Positions 10,203-20,251 of a stretch of DNA of 43,575 nucleotides are shown here, piece by piece (position 1 is the stretch's first letter; every line of letters starts with the position of its first letter). This DNA is from an uncultured Gammaproteobacteria bacterium (GTDB lineage: Bacteria > Patescibacteriota > Microgenomatia > Levybacterales > GWA1-39-11). Where the stretch lies: the NCBI GenBank assembly GCA_964589835.1, contig CAZPUU010000002.1:1-43575 (forward strand), written 5' to 3'. Below the pieces are notes generated by a model. It searched no databases. It was not told the origin of the DNA and was given only the letters and a program-made list of their open reading frames with translations. The translations under genes and the position numbers were made by a program.

Positions 10203-11018
10203 ATGTAAGAACGTCTTTCCATTGTCAGTCCTCAAGAAACTGTAACCCGCGGGAATCTTACCATTCATACGGGTGAAGCCGTAAGGCAGGACCTGAAAAA
10301 GAGCGGGGATCAAGGGTGGGATTTCAACCAGGGAAATCCGGAATTTTGGAGACATAGCGACAAGCTACTAGTCCCCGGTGGAAGGCTGCTTGATCTGGGC
10401 GCAGGATTTGGAAGAAGTCTCCGATATTTCTCTTTGCACGGAATGACTGTCGATGCCTACGAAAAAGACCCTGTCATAAGCGTGGTTCTTGATGAAATAA
10501 ACAACCAATATCCTCGTGTAGTCAACGTATTTAACACCGATGTCGCTACAGCCAGACTTACCCCAAGCTATTATGACACCGTAATGATGGAATCAGTTTT
10601 TCAACATTTTATTTCTGCAAAAGATGCGTACCAAGTTATGAAAAAAGGTTTTGATTCACTCAAACCGGGGGGATATGCCTACCTCAGAGCTGTGGGCACA
10701 CACGACTCTGCATTTGAATGGTTTCAAGGTGCCGCCAATAGTCCTTATAGCCGCGTTGAGGAGCTGAGTAAAAATTGCTTTATTGGAACCTGTCATTGCA
10801 GCGGCGAAGAAAAGGTTGAACCAATGTTGTTCTTTGACCCTTTGGAGTTGCCTCTCTTTTGGGAGCAAAACGGAATGAAATTAGTTGATGTTCAAATTCT
10901 GCCGCAACAAGATGGATTTAACATTATGTATGGAGAAACGTATGACGATGGCTCACCACCTGAAAACCGTAAGGGCATGATTGGTGGATTTATTACACTT
11001 ATCGGAAGAAAACAATAA
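10203..11018 (+). pseudogene. TehB-like class I SAM-dependent methyltransferase with a disrupted or non-canonical start
   Basis: The track ORF starts at TTG 10434, but the SAM-binding motif LLDLGAGFGR (10386-10415) lies upstream in the same open frame, which is open from 10209. That frame has no ATG/GTG/TTG between 10209 and 10434. An in-frame ATG at 10203 is immediately followed by TAA (10206). Confidence 0.5.
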
Positions 11019-11060
11019 CCAAAACTTGCTTCCTACCCCCCTAAAACGTACAATATCTCT

Positions 11061-12248
11061 ATGAAAATAGAGCCAAGAACTCTCAAAGGCTTTCGTGATT
11101 TTTTACCAAAGGAAGCACGAAAGAGGCAATATGTTATAGAAACCCTGAAAAAGGTATTTGAGTCTTATGGTTTTGAACCACTTGAGACCCCAACTCTTGA
11201 ATACGAAGATATTCTGACCGGAAAATACGGCGAAGAAGGAGACAAACTCATGTACCGCTTTGAGGATAACGGACTACGACGCGTTGCGATGCGCTATGAT
11301 CAAACCGTTCCGCTTGCCCGCGTTGTTGCGCAGTATCAAAATGCACTTCCCTTCCCCTTCAAGAGATATCAAATTCAAAATGTGTGGAGAGCTGACAATA
11401 CGCAAAGAGGACGCTTCCGTGAATTTTTGCAGTGCGACATTGATACGGTCGGAAATGGGCATGTCGGAACCGATGCCGAAATCTTGGCAGTTGTAAATAA
11501 ATCTTTACAAAAACTTGGTTTTACCAATTACAAAATTCTTATTAACGACCGGGCAAACTTTGAGGGAATTGACCAAAAAGCGGTTAGTGTTATAGACAAA
11601 CTTGAGAAAATTTCCGAGGAAGGCGTCATACTAGAGTTAGAGAAAAAAGGATTTGACCCCAATATCCTTGAGCAGATAAAACAAAAAGCACCAACCGAGC
11701 GCCTACAAATTATCCTGAACAATAGCGATGTTACCGGCCCCAACGTAGCATATTCCCCAACACTTGCACGCGGACTCGATTACTACACCGGGCTTATCAT
11801 TGAGGTGGAAATTGAAGGCTTTGACGCAGGATCTGTTGGAGGCGGAGGAAGATATGATGGGCTTATAGGTATGTTTTCCAATCAAGAATACCCTGCGGTT
11901 GGATTTGCCTTCGGATTTGACCGAATTATGGAAGCTATGGAGGAAAAAGGATTATTCCCAACCAATTTAACGACAACGAAAGTTCTGGTTGCCGTTGAGT
12001 TTTCCGAACTCGAGAATACTTCTTACAAAATTAGCGACATGCTTCGCGCGAAAAATATAAACGTAGAGACATATCTCGATAACCAAGCTCAACTTGAAAA
12101 ACAGTTTAAATATGCTGAGAAAAAAGAAATTCCTTATGTTATTGTGCCTATTGATAATCTAACCGTAGAACTCCGTACGAAATCTCTGGCAGGGGAAATC
12201 GTCAAAAAAACTGTTAATATAGAAAGCCTGCCAAATGAGATTATCTAA
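11061..12248 (+). CDS. hisS: histidyl-tRNA synthetase
   Basis: 395 aa. Class II motifs RYDQTVPLAR, FREFLQCDID, GGGGRYDGL and AVGFAFGFDRI. Confidence 0.9.
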   Translation: MKIEPRTLKGFRDFLPKEARKRQYVIETLKKVFESYGFEPLETPTLEYEDILTGKYGEEGDKLMYRFEDNGLRRVAMRYDQTVPLARVVAQYQNALPFPFKRYQIQNVWRADNTQRGRFREFLQCDIDTVGNGHVGTDAEILAVVNKSLQKLGFTNYKILINDRANFEGIDQKAVSVIDKLEKISEEGVILELEKKGFDPNILEQIKQKAPTERLQIILNNSDVTGPNVAYSPTLARGLDYYTGLIIEVEIEGFDAGSVGGGGRYDGLIGMFSNQEYPAVGFAFGFDRIMEAMEEKGLFPTNLTTTKVLVAVEFSELENTSYKISDMLRAKNINVETYLDNQAQLEKQFKYAEKKEIPYVIVPIDNLTVELRTKSLAGEIVKKTVNIESLPNEII

Positions 12249-13143
12249 ACACCAACTCGCCGTACTTGCGCTCATCGTCACCAATCTCATCTGGGGCGCT
12301 GCACCTCCGATTTTCAAGTGGGCGCTTGCCGATATCCATCCGTATACCCTCGCTTTTCTCCGCTTTTTCTTACCCGCTCTTATCATGCTTCCCTTTGTTA
12401 GAAACGATCTTAAAATCAAAAAAAAGGACTGGTTAAAAATGCTTGCTGTAGGATTTTTCGGGGTAACGGTCAACATACTTTTCTTCTTCCAAGGGCTAAT
12501 CATCGCTCCGAGTATAAATGCTGCACTTATCGCAAGTTCTGCTCCGATATTTATCGTACTGTTCTCGCTTTTCTTTTTGCGAGAAAAACCGAAAAGAAAA
12601 GTAGTAACCGGATCGCTTATCGGGCTAGTAGGTGTACTTTTGGTACTAAGTGCCCCTCTAATTCTCAATGGAAAAATTGCCGCACTCGGAAATCTATTTT
12701 ATGTCGTTGCTATGCTTGGTGGAGTTGTTGCTGTGATTCTTGTCAGACAAATTGCAAAAAGAAATTCAGCTCAAAGCATCACATTCTGGTCTTTTCTGAT
12801 CGGAAGCATCGGCTTTGTACCCTTTTTCGTACAGGAAGTGGGTCAATATGGTTTTTTGCCCAATTTGACATCGCACGGATTGATAGGGCTCGTATTCGGC
12901 ATATTTCTATCCTCATTGGCCGCTTACTTCCTGCAAACCTGGGCACTTAAATATCTGGCAGCTGCCGATGTAAGTGTATTTACCTATATTGATCCGGTCG
13001 TGACAATACTCGTCGCAGCGCCTCTTCTTGGGGAATTTCCGGACACTACTTTTGTCATTGGATCTGTTTTGGTAATTTTAGGAATTTTTCTGGCCGAAGG
13101 CAGAGTACACTACCACCCGTTCCATCTCTTTTTGAAGAAGTAA
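12235..13143 (+). CDS. EamA/DMT-family transporter
   Basis: 302 aa, hydrophobic throughout with a two-fold repeated multi-TM layout typical of EamA proteins. Overlaps the hisS end by 14 nt. Confidence 0.8.
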   Translation: MRLSKHQLAVLALIVTNLIWGAAPPIFKWALADIHPYTLAFLRFFLPALIMLPFVRNDLKIKKKDWLKMLAVGFFGVTVNILFFFQGLIIAPSINAALIASSAPIFIVLFSLFFLREKPKRKVVTGSLIGLVGVLLVLSAPLILNGKIAALGNLFYVVAMLGGVVAVILVRQIAKRNSAQSITFWSFLIGSIGFVPFFVQEVGQYGFLPNLTSHGLIGLVFGIFLSSLAAYFLQTWALKYLAAADVSVFTYIDPVVTILVAAPLLGEFPDTTFVIGSVLVILGIFLAEGRVHYHPFHLFLKK

Positions 13144-13182
13144 TAATTGCGTTTCAAGCTATTTTCGGTTATAATAACTCCA

Positions 13183-13473
13183 ATGAAAGCGCAAATCCAT
13201 CCAAAATATTACGATGCAGCCGTTACCTGCTCTTGCGGGAATGCCTTTACTGTGGGCTCAACAAGTGAAAGAATTAGCGTCGAGCTTTGCTACAATTGCC
13301 ACCCTTTCTACACCGGGCAGCAAAAATTCGTCGACACCGCTTCTAGAATTGAGAAATTCCAAAAGAAAATGGACGCTGCACGTCCTGTTATTAAAAAGGC
13401 TCAAAAAGAAACAGCCGACGATTCAGCTCCAAAGACCCTTCGCGAAATGCTCGAAGCCCTCAAGAAAGGTTAA
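13183..13473 (+). CDS. rpmE: 50S ribosomal protein L31 (Zn-ribbon type) with C-terminal extension
   Basis: The ATG at 13183 gives MKAQIHPKYY. CSCG...CYNCHPFYTGQQK is the L31 signature. A lysine-rich C-terminal tail follows. Confidence 0.9.
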   Translation: MKAQIHPKYYDAAVTCSCGNAFTVGSTSERISVELCYNCHPFYTGQQKFVDTASRIEKFQKKMDAARPVIKKAQKETADDSAPKTLREMLEALKKG

Positions 13474-13563
13474 CAACCTTATGTACCCAAGATCTTGTAT
13501 CCGGTATACCCTTTTTTCTGTTTGTTTATACTGGATACACTATACTTAATTCACAAAATACTT

Positions 13564-14490
13564 ATGAACAAAGACGAAATACTGGCACAAATTTATGAAA
13601 TAGATTTCAAGCTAACCGAAGCCGAAAAGCTTTTGGATGATCCTGAAATGGCAACACTCGCCCACGAAGAAATTGCGGCTCTAAAAGCACAAAAAGCAGA
13701 GCTTGAAACACATGTTGATACTTCGCAGTTTGAGAATACTTACGAGGAAAAGCCGGAACCCGGAAGCTCTTTGGATACACGGAATGCGATCATTGAAGTA
13801 AAGGGCGCAGCCGGTGGAGATGAAGCAAGTATTTTTGCCCGCGAGCTTTTGAGAATGTACATGCGTTACTGCGAAAGGCACTCAATCACAAAAGAAATGC
13901 TTGATGAGGACAGTATAAAAATTATTTCAAAAAACGCTTTCGGGCTTTTTAAATATGAATCGGGAGTTCATCGAGTCCAACGCGTACCACTGACTGAAAA
14001 GCGTGGACGGGTTCACACTTCAACTGCTGTCGTCAGTATCTTGCCGGAACTGAAAGACATCGATCTTCACATTGGACCTGAAGATATTGAATTTGAGGCA
14101 TTCCGTGCCGGGGGGCACGGCGGACAAAATGTCAACAAAGTATCAACCGCCGTCAGAGTCAAACATATTCCGTCGGGCATTGTCGTGACAGCCTCGAGAG
14201 AACGTTCCCAGAACCAAAACAGGGAGAATGCCATGGCCCTTTTACGATCAAAATTATGGGAAGCTGAAGTTGAGAAACAACACATGGAGGTAGCAGAACT
14301 CAAATCCACTCAGGTAGGAAAAGGCATGAGAAATGAGAAAATCCGCACCTACAATTTTCCGCAGGATAGAGTTACAGACCACAGAATCGGAAAATCGTAT
14401 CACAACCTACCTACCTTTATGGACGGAGAAATTGATGAAATGCTGGAGGACCTGAGAAGTTCTGAATTACAGGAAGGAACAGTAGAATAA
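13564..14490 (+). CDS. prfA: peptide chain release factor, RF1-type
   Basis: The ATG at 13564 (MNKDEILAQ...) is preferred over the upstream track start. GGQ motif (RAGGHGGQNVNKVSTAVR). PxT-type anticodon motif RVPLTEKRGRVHTS rather than SPF. Confidence 0.85.
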   Translation: MNKDEILAQIYEIDFKLTEAEKLLDDPEMATLAHEEIAALKAQKAELETHVDTSQFENTYEEKPEPGSSLDTRNAIIEVKGAAGGDEASIFARELLRMYMRYCERHSITKEMLDEDSIKIISKNAFGLFKYESGVHRVQRVPLTEKRGRVHTSTAVVSILPELKDIDLHIGPEDIEFEAFRAGGHGGQNVNKVSTAVRVKHIPSGIVVTASRERSQNQNRENAMALLRSKLWEAEVEKQHMEVAELKSTQVGKGMRNEKIRTYNFPQDRVTDHRIGKSYHNLPTFMDGEIDEMLEDLRSSELQEGTVE

Positions 14491-14492
14491 TT

Positions 14493-14828
14493 ATGAATGA
14501 ACGTGTGACAAATTACACACGGAAAGGAGTCAAGACACTTAGTGTTGCTATTATTGCTTCTTCTTCCCTTGCATTGCCATCGGAAATTCACGACGCCGCG
14601 ACAGATGATCTATCAGTAAGAAATGTTTTAGATATTGGAGGTTCTGTGTTCGCAATTTATGTGGGCGCAAATTTTTACAGGAGATCCAATCAATGGTTTC
14701 CAAAGCAAGTAAAATTTGATGACGGAATTATCGAAGGAGAATACCGAGTAATCGAAACACCTAGGCTTTCAGCACCTCAATTACCTGGTCCAGAGTCAGA
14801 GTCGTTCCCTTCATCTCAGGATTCTTAG
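14493..14828 (+). CDS. hypothetical protein (uncertain)
   Basis: 111-aa ORF starting 2 nt after the prfA stop. Its 3' end overlaps the convergent DHH-like gene by 68 nt. No motif recognised. Confidence 0.3.
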   Translation: MNERVTNYTRKGVKTLSVAIIASSSLALPSEIHDAATDDLSVRNVLDIGGSVFAIYVGANFYRRSNQWFPKQVKFDDGIIEGEYRVIETPRLSAPQLPGPESESFPSSQDS

Positions 14829-15657
14829 AGGATCCATTGAGAAGCATTCTTTTTGACGCATGCAAGAACCACGAGGCTGCCGGATCGAGCTCTTTTAATT
14901 TTTCGTAAGCGGAAGTAAGATCGATATTGAGACTCTGCTCTCCTCTTTTGTCGGGAACTGTTTTAATCCTAACAAATCCTCCTGTAGGATCTTTTCGTAC
15001 AGCAAGCCTATATCCCATCATTTGCGCAAGTTTGAGCACTTCGTCATTGATTGTCTCAATTCCGATAGCCTTTCCCCACTTTGATTCAAATTCAATCTTT
15101 TTTTCGGCTATCTCATGCTCTGCCCAAATCTTTTTTTCCAGATTTTGCAAAACAGCATCCAGGCATTCCATGATAAATTCGACAAGCGCCGCGTCATCTT
15201 TTTGGTGATTTAATTTATATCCTTGAATGATGCTAACCACTCCGAATTCGTATATATCATGATCAGCATCGGGATAATACATTTCCTGAAAATGATCATC
15301 GTCAATAACAAGTTCGACAATTCTTTTGACTGCTTCGAGTTTTATTTCATGCTTGTGTAAATTTGAATCGGGGTTAGAGAGTACAAAATCCAGTGTTTTT
15401 GACGCCCCGCAAACATTGTTGTCGGCTGTCTGATGGTGATCCAGCGCTCCCAGCCCAGTATCTACCTGCATCGTCTCAACCCCGTCAACCAGCTCAATTG
15501 CTTCTCCTTCGTTTTCATAATTTCCCGCAAGTTTGTCTCCTGCATTCACAAATTTCACCTCAGCACCGTCCCAATTGGGATGAAATCTCTTAATAATCCA
15601 TACGCTTGTAATGGCATCGGCATCGCTGGATCTGTGAGTAACTATTTGTCGCATCAT
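14761..15657 (-). CDS. DHH-family phosphoesterase-like protein
   Basis: Start at ATG 15655-15657 (MMRQIVTHRSSDADAITS). DHH-type motifs: a DxD-containing N-terminus and GALDHHQ. Confidence 0.6.
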   Translation of the reverse strand: MMRQIVTHRSSDADAITSVWIIKRFHPNWDGAEVKFVNAGDKLAGNYENEGEAIELVDGVETMQVDTGLGALDHHQTADNNVCGASKTLDFVLSNPDSNLHKHEIKLEAVKRIVELVIDDDHFQEMYYPDADHDIYEFGVVSIIQGYKLNHQKDDAALVEFIMECLDAVLQNLEKKIWAEHEIAEKKIEFESKWGKAIGIETINDEVLKLAQMMGYRLAVRKDPTGGFVRIKTVPDKRGEQSLNIDLTSAYEKLKELDPAASWFLHASKRMLLNGSSKNPEMKGTTLTLDQVIEVLKA

Positions 15658-15766
15658 GTTTAATTTTACTGTCTTCCGCTTGCATTTACTATTGCTGAAG
15701 TTGAGTAGTATACAATACCCTCCTCCGCTTGACAAGCAATTTCAAAGATAGCTAAACTGGATAGGT

Positions 15767-16300
15767 ATGGACTCTAAAAAAACCAACCTCACACCGGAAT
15801 TAAAAGAAATTTATGACAGAGTCATGAATACTTCAGGAAAACCTGTTACAAAAGTGCCACCTCAAGCACCGGTACAATCGGCTCCGGCCGCTCCTCCAGC
15901 GGCACCAAATCCTCTTGACCCCGGATTAACAGCCGGTCCTCCTCCTTCCCCAGAGCATCAACCGGCCACCACCCCCCAAGTACCGGCAATGCCAGCCGCG
16001 CCCGCTCCCCCAGCGCCCTCTATGCCTACAATGCCAAGCCCGGAAAACTCTGCCATGCCCGAGCCTACCCCCGCAGAACAGGCGCTTACCAATACACCGG
16101 CAAGACCTCTTTCCGAGGGCAATACTTTTGCGTTTAACGGTACTGTAAAAAACCCGATAAAGCCTGCGACCACCCCCACAGAAGTTACAACCAAAAAGAA
16201 AGCAAAAATTTCACTTCCGGTAATTATTGTTCTTGGAGTTGTTTTTATTGTCGCGTGGGGAATTTTCTGGGCAATTGCTTTGGGACTGATACAAAGATAG
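15767..16300 (+). CDS. Pro/Ala-rich protein with C-terminal TM anchor
   Basis: 177 aa. Long PAPxAP low-complexity core, then a C-terminal hydrophobic helix LPVIIVLGVVFIVAWGIFWAIALGLI. Confidence 0.55.
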   Translation: MDSKKTNLTPELKEIYDRVMNTSGKPVTKVPPQAPVQSAPAAPPAAPNPLDPGLTAGPPPSPEHQPATTPQVPAMPAAPAPPAPSMPTMPSPENSAMPEPTPAEQALTNTPARPLSEGNTFAFNGTVKNPIKPATTPTEVTTKKKAKISLPVIIVLGVVFIVAWGIFWAIALGLIQR

Positions 16301-16302
16301 CG

Positions 16303-17517
16303 CTAGGCAAAAAGTTGATCAACCTGAATATTTGTAACGGTATTTTCCGATCTTTTTTTCAATTCCACCGTTCCTTCTTCAAGCTTTGAACTTACGACAA
16401 TCCTGTACGGAATCCCCAAAAGGTCGCAGTCGGCAAATTTCTGCCCAGGACTAACATCCCGGTCATCGTAAAGGACTTCGATTCCCTTTTCCTTTAGTGT
16501 GTTATACAGTTTTTCTGTTTGCTCATCCTTCCCGATAGACATAAGAAAGTGGGTAAATGGTGCAACACTTTCAGGCCATATAGGTCCACGCTCATCATGA
16601 AATACTTCGGCAATAACTCCCATCAAACGCGTAAGACCAATTCCATAACTTCCGAAGTACACGTACTTTTTTTCTCCGTTTTTATCCGTGTATGAAACGT
16701 TCATTTTCTCGCTATATACGGTTCCAAACCTGAAGATATTTCCTACCTCGATAGCTTTCACTTTTTTCAATGGTCCATGTCCAAGATCGCACATCTTTCC
16801 TTCGTTGACCTTACAGATCTCGGTATTTTGGGAAAAATCTCCACCCGGACAATATACAATCTCGTCCTCACCCGATTCGGAAATCACTTGAAATTCGTGT
16901 GTAGTACTATCGGTAAAAACCCCACCACCGGCTTCGGTAACAATTGCGTCTAAACCGACTCTTTTAAACACTTTTATGTAGGCATTTTTGACTTCTTCAT
17001 AATACCTGTCCAAATCTTCAGCCGAATCGTGCACGCTATACAGATCCTTCATCAGAAATTCGCGACCCCTTAAAATTCCCGACTTTGCCCGCAATTCATT
17101 TCTGAATTTTGTCGAAAAATGGTAAATTTTGACCGGTAGATCTCTATATGTTGTGACATGCTTTCTCATAAGATCCAAAACGATTTCTTCATGTGTGAAT
17201 GAAAGTGCGTATTCACGGTCTTCCTTTTTGAACTGATACATCACTTCCCGCGCAGTATCCCACCGGCCGGTTTCGTTCCAGATTTGCTTCGGATGTAAAA
17301 GAGGCATAAGAACCTCTTGAGCACCGGTTGCATCCATTTCTTCTTTTATAATATTTTCGATCTTGCGCTCAACAATCCGCCCCAACGGCAGCAACGTGTA
17401 TGAGCCCGCCATCATTTTATCGATAAATCCGCCTCTCAGAAGAAGCTTTGCATTGACTGCAACTTCTTCACTCGGAGCTTCTTTAATTGTCTTCGGGAAA
17501 AATGCTGAATATCTCAT
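16303..17517 (-). CDS. proS: prolyl-tRNA synthetase, short form without editing insertion
   Basis: 404 aa. Class II motif 2 FRNELRAKSGILRGREF, motif 3 GSYGIGLTRLMG, N-terminus MRYSAFFPKTIKEAP typical of ProRS. Confidence 0.9.
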   Translation of the reverse strand: MRYSAFFPKTIKEAPSEEVAVNAKLLLRGGFIDKMMAGSYTLLPLGRIVERKIENIIKEEMDATGAQEVLMPLLHPKQIWNETGRWDTAREVMYQFKKEDREYALSFTHEEIVLDLMRKHVTTYRDLPVKIYHFSTKFRNELRAKSGILRGREFLMKDLYSVHDSAEDLDRYYEEVKNAYIKVFKRVGLDAIVTEAGGGVFTDSTTHEFQVISESGEDEIVYCPGGDFSQNTEICKVNEGKMCDLGHGPLKKVKAIEVGNIFRFGTVYSEKMNVSYTDKNGEKKYVYFGSYGIGLTRLMGVIAEVFHDERGPIWPESVAPFTHFLMSIGKDEQTEKLYNTLKEKGIEVLYDDRDVSPGQKFADCDLLGIPYRIVVSSKLEEGTVELKKRSENTVTNIQVDQLFA

Positions 17518-17599
17518 TTTTACTGTGAGGATAGTATATCAAGCTTTTTGGAAAGTTCAAAAACTAAAATTGCAGGCGGCTTACCTGCAAAGTCTTTCC

Positions 17600-18409
17600 T
17601 TACGCCGCCTGCAATGTTTCGCTTTGGGGCATCTGAGAAATTTTATCGTCTGTTCTTATCTTTCCTTGATCCTGCAGTTTTTTTACTACCCTATCCATCT
17701 TTGCCCCGTCGTGTCTTACAAAAGATCCCGGCTTTTCCATCTGCTGTCCTGCCTCATGAACTGTTTCAGTTTCCTCAGGTATGAACATCGCCTTCATGAG
17801 CTTTGAAAGGAGAAGTATGATCATCTCAAGTCCGCTGATCTTTTCTTCATCGTCTTCCTCTTCCTTGAGCATTTCATGCATTATGATGGTCATTTCAAGC
17901 ATTGCCTGCATTGCGAGAGTATTTTTTGACTCGATTGATTTTACTTTTTCGAAAAGCTCTTTATTCTGCTCTTCCAGTTGAGTTGCTTTCATCTCGAGTA
18001 TTTCGACTCTTGCATTCGGAACCTCAGGATTTGTGATACTTGCCTCATGAATATCTGTCCGGGTTGTATTTTCATCCGCCTGTTCACCTTCAATCGCTCC
18101 ATCTTCAACCTGTGTAATTTCGCTTATCTCCCGTACCTCTTCAGCGCGTATCTCTTCAACTACTGTTCCTTCATCTGATTTTTCAAAATCTCCATTGGCA
18201 AGATGAACTAGGGCCCCTTCCAATCCCTCTTCTTTTGCCGCAACAAGCAATTGATCCGCAAAATCGTCCTTAGTATCCTGAATTTTCGGCACATCGGGAT
18301 TGACGTGAGTTCCTGCAAAACTGTGACCGGACTCAACCCTACCTTCATGCAAAGACCCTCCCACGGTAACCGGAGTGCTCGAATTCATTTGTATTTCATT
18401 AAATTCCAT
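17600..18409 (-). CDS. acidic hypothetical protein
   Basis: The ATG at 18407-18409 is preceded by a strong SD (GAAAGGAGGTG, then 6 nt). Highly acidic Glu-rich sequence; no domain recognised. Confidence 0.6.
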   Translation of the reverse strand: MEFNEIQMNSSTPVTVGGSLHEGRVESGHSFAGTHVNPDVPKIQDTKDDFADQLLVAAKEEGLEGALVHLANGDFEKSDEGTVVEEIRAEEVREISEITQVEDGAIEGEQADENTTRTDIHEASITNPEVPNARVEILEMKATQLEEQNKELFEKVKSIESKNTLAMQAMLEMTIIMHEMLKEEEDDEEKISGLEMIILLLSKLMKAMFIPEETETVHEAGQQMEKPGSFVRHDGAKMDRVVKKLQDQGKIRTDDKISQMPQSETLQAA

Positions 18410-18728
18410 GTTGTTCACCTCCTTTCAGATTTTCGTTGACAATCGCTCTTTTGATGTGTGTTCGTGCCAGGACTAATCCTTCCATAACCTCTTCATCTTC
18501 ATATTCCTTTACTGCTTTGATGTACGCCTCAAGCATTTCGGGATATCCATAACAGAGCTTGTTTAATGTTGTTATAAAATTCTCCGGATCTTCATTTTTA
18601 AGCACAGGAAGAAAAGCTTGCGCAATCCTCCTGGCTCGAAGGCTTGATATTTGACCTCTTCTTATCCTGGTTATGATCTGGAACAATAATTCCCGCTCAA
18701 AGTTATTTTGTAATTTTTTGTATGTCAT
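18399..18728 (-). CDS. hypothetical protein
   Basis: 109-aa ORF. Its stop overlaps the start of the downstream acidic protein by 11 nt, suggesting an operon. Confidence 0.55.
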   Translation of the reverse strand: MTYKKLQNNFERELLFQIITRIRRGQISSLRARRIAQAFLPVLKNEDPENFITTLNKLCYGYPEMLEAYIKAVKEYEDEEVMEGLVLARTHIKRAIVNENLKGGEQHGI

Positions 18729-18749
18729 AATTGTTAAATTTTGTAATTC

Positions 18750-18992
18750 TTAACCCGTTAATTCTGTTATCTTTTCTTTTGTTTCTTTACCTTTCTCCTC
18801 GGCTTCTGCCCGTCTTTCCGCGGCAGCTTGAGCTTCGATTAACTCCAACTCAAGGCTTCGTGTATCTTCCTCTGCTTCCTGCGCGTCAAGGCTTATCTCC
18901 ATAACCTCCTGCTTTGCCTCGACAAGCATTTTTTTCAGACTCCCCTCTTCAAAGGTGTTTGCTTTCATAATTTCTGCGTTTGCGTGTCTCAT
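18750..18992 (-). CDS. small coiled-coil hypothetical protein
   Basis: 80 aa, Glu/Ala/Lys-rich heptad-like sequence. First gene of a three-gene minus-strand set. Confidence 0.45.
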   Translation of the reverse strand: MRHANAEIMKANTFEEGSLKKMLVEAKQEVMEISLDAQEAEEDTRSLELELIEAQAAAERRAEAEEKGKETKEKITELTG

Positions 18993-19078
18993 ATTTTTTA
19001 TCTTTCAAAAACGAGTTTAACAGCCACGATGAGCCTCAACTTGACCATAAGTTCTTAAGAACCTCACAAAACGGTAAC

Positions 19079-19345
19079 ATGATTAACCATACTATTTTAA
19101 GAATTGAGTGTTATGCTACATCTATAGAAAGACGTGCTGTTGGAAGGATTAAAAAAATTGCATTAAGAAGCGCTGAAATAGGACTTGGCGCGGCGACGCT
19201 TCTTTACGCAGCCTCCACAGCCGATGCGCTAATCGACCACGACTACGAGGATGCAAAAATCCAAGCAACCGAAACGGGAAAACTCGGATTACTTACTGCG
19301 CTCACGGTAGGTACGGAAGTGTATTTAAAAAACAAGCAGAATTAA
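19079..19345 (+). CDS. hypothetical protein (uncertain)
   Basis: The track ORF 18980..19345 starts at a non-ATG codon; the first ATG is at 19079. Contains a hydrophobic stretch (IGLGAATLLYAAS). Confidence 0.3.
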   Translation: MINHTILRIECYATSIERRAVGRIKKIALRSAEIGLGAATLLYAASTADALIDHDYEDAKIQATETGKLGLLTALTVGTEVYLKNKQN

Positions 19346-19349
19346 GATT

Positions 19350-20249
19350 CTACAAAGATTTCGCAAGAAGGGATGATAAGCTCAGAATCTCAAGTTTTTC
19401 AAAATGCTTCTGTGGGGGCACTGGCATCGCATCTGTCACAAATATTTTAGTAGCTTTTGAATTCTGAAGTAGGGTCACTGCCTGATCGGAAAAAACCGGA
19501 TGGGTTGCAAATACGTACACATTCTCAGCGCCAAGATCTATCAATTTGTCAACCGCCTGCACAATCGTTTTCCCACTTGCGATGATATCATCAACGATAA
19601 AACACGTCTTTTTCACCTCTCCGTGGATGCCGGATGCGCTGATGTCACCCGTATCATAATCCCTGTCCTTCTCGATCGACGTAAAAGGAAGCCCCCCCAA
19701 CATCTCTGACAATTGCTCCATGCGCCTGAGTCCTCCCATATCGGGACTGACAATTACAGCATTACTCCGGTCAAATTTAATTTCTCCAATTTTATCCGCA
19801 AAAATAGGAAGCGCTGATAAATTGAGCACATCGATTTCAAACATCTCAGACATTTTGATTGTATGAGGATCAACGAAAATTATTTTCGAAAGGCCGGCAC
19901 CTTCCAAAATCTTTATTACGACCTCAAGTGGAACCGCCTCTCCACTGCGGAACACGTGATCCGCGCGGCAATATGGCAAATATGGAAGAATCCCGGTAAC
20001 ACTTTTTGCTCCGCTCCTTTTAAATCCATCTATAAGAAAAGCTGTCTCAACAATGAGTGAATCCACATTGTCCGTCACACTTCCCGTCTTAAGGAATATA
20101 ACGTCCTGATCAACCACCTCTTCAACAATCCTGATTCTTCTCTCACCATCGGAAAATACAGTAACCTCAGGATAATGAAGCGGCACAGAAAGACCGGCAG
20201 CTACATTTTTTGATAGCTTGTCATTTGTCTCGTCTCCAAAAAAAATCAT
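19350..20249 (-). CDS. prs: ribose-phosphate pyrophosphokinase
   Basis: 299 aa. PRPP-binding loop IVDDIIASGKTI, SPDMGG, tandem PRT-type domain layout. Confidence 0.9.
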   Translation of the reverse strand: MIFFGDETNDKLSKNVAAGLSVPLHYPEVTVFSDGERRIRIVEEVVDQDVIFLKTGSVTDNVDSLIVETAFLIDGFKRSGAKSVTGILPYLPYCRADHVFRSGEAVPLEVVIKILEGAGLSKIIFVDPHTIKMSEMFEIDVLNLSALPIFADKIGEIKFDRSNAVIVSPDMGGLRRMEQLSEMLGGLPFTSIEKDRDYDTGDISASGIHGEVKKTCFIVDDIIASGKTIVQAVDKLIDLGAENVYVFATHPVFSDQAVTLLQNSKATKIFVTDAMPVPPQKHFEKLEILSLSSLLAKSL

Positions 20250-20251
20250 AC

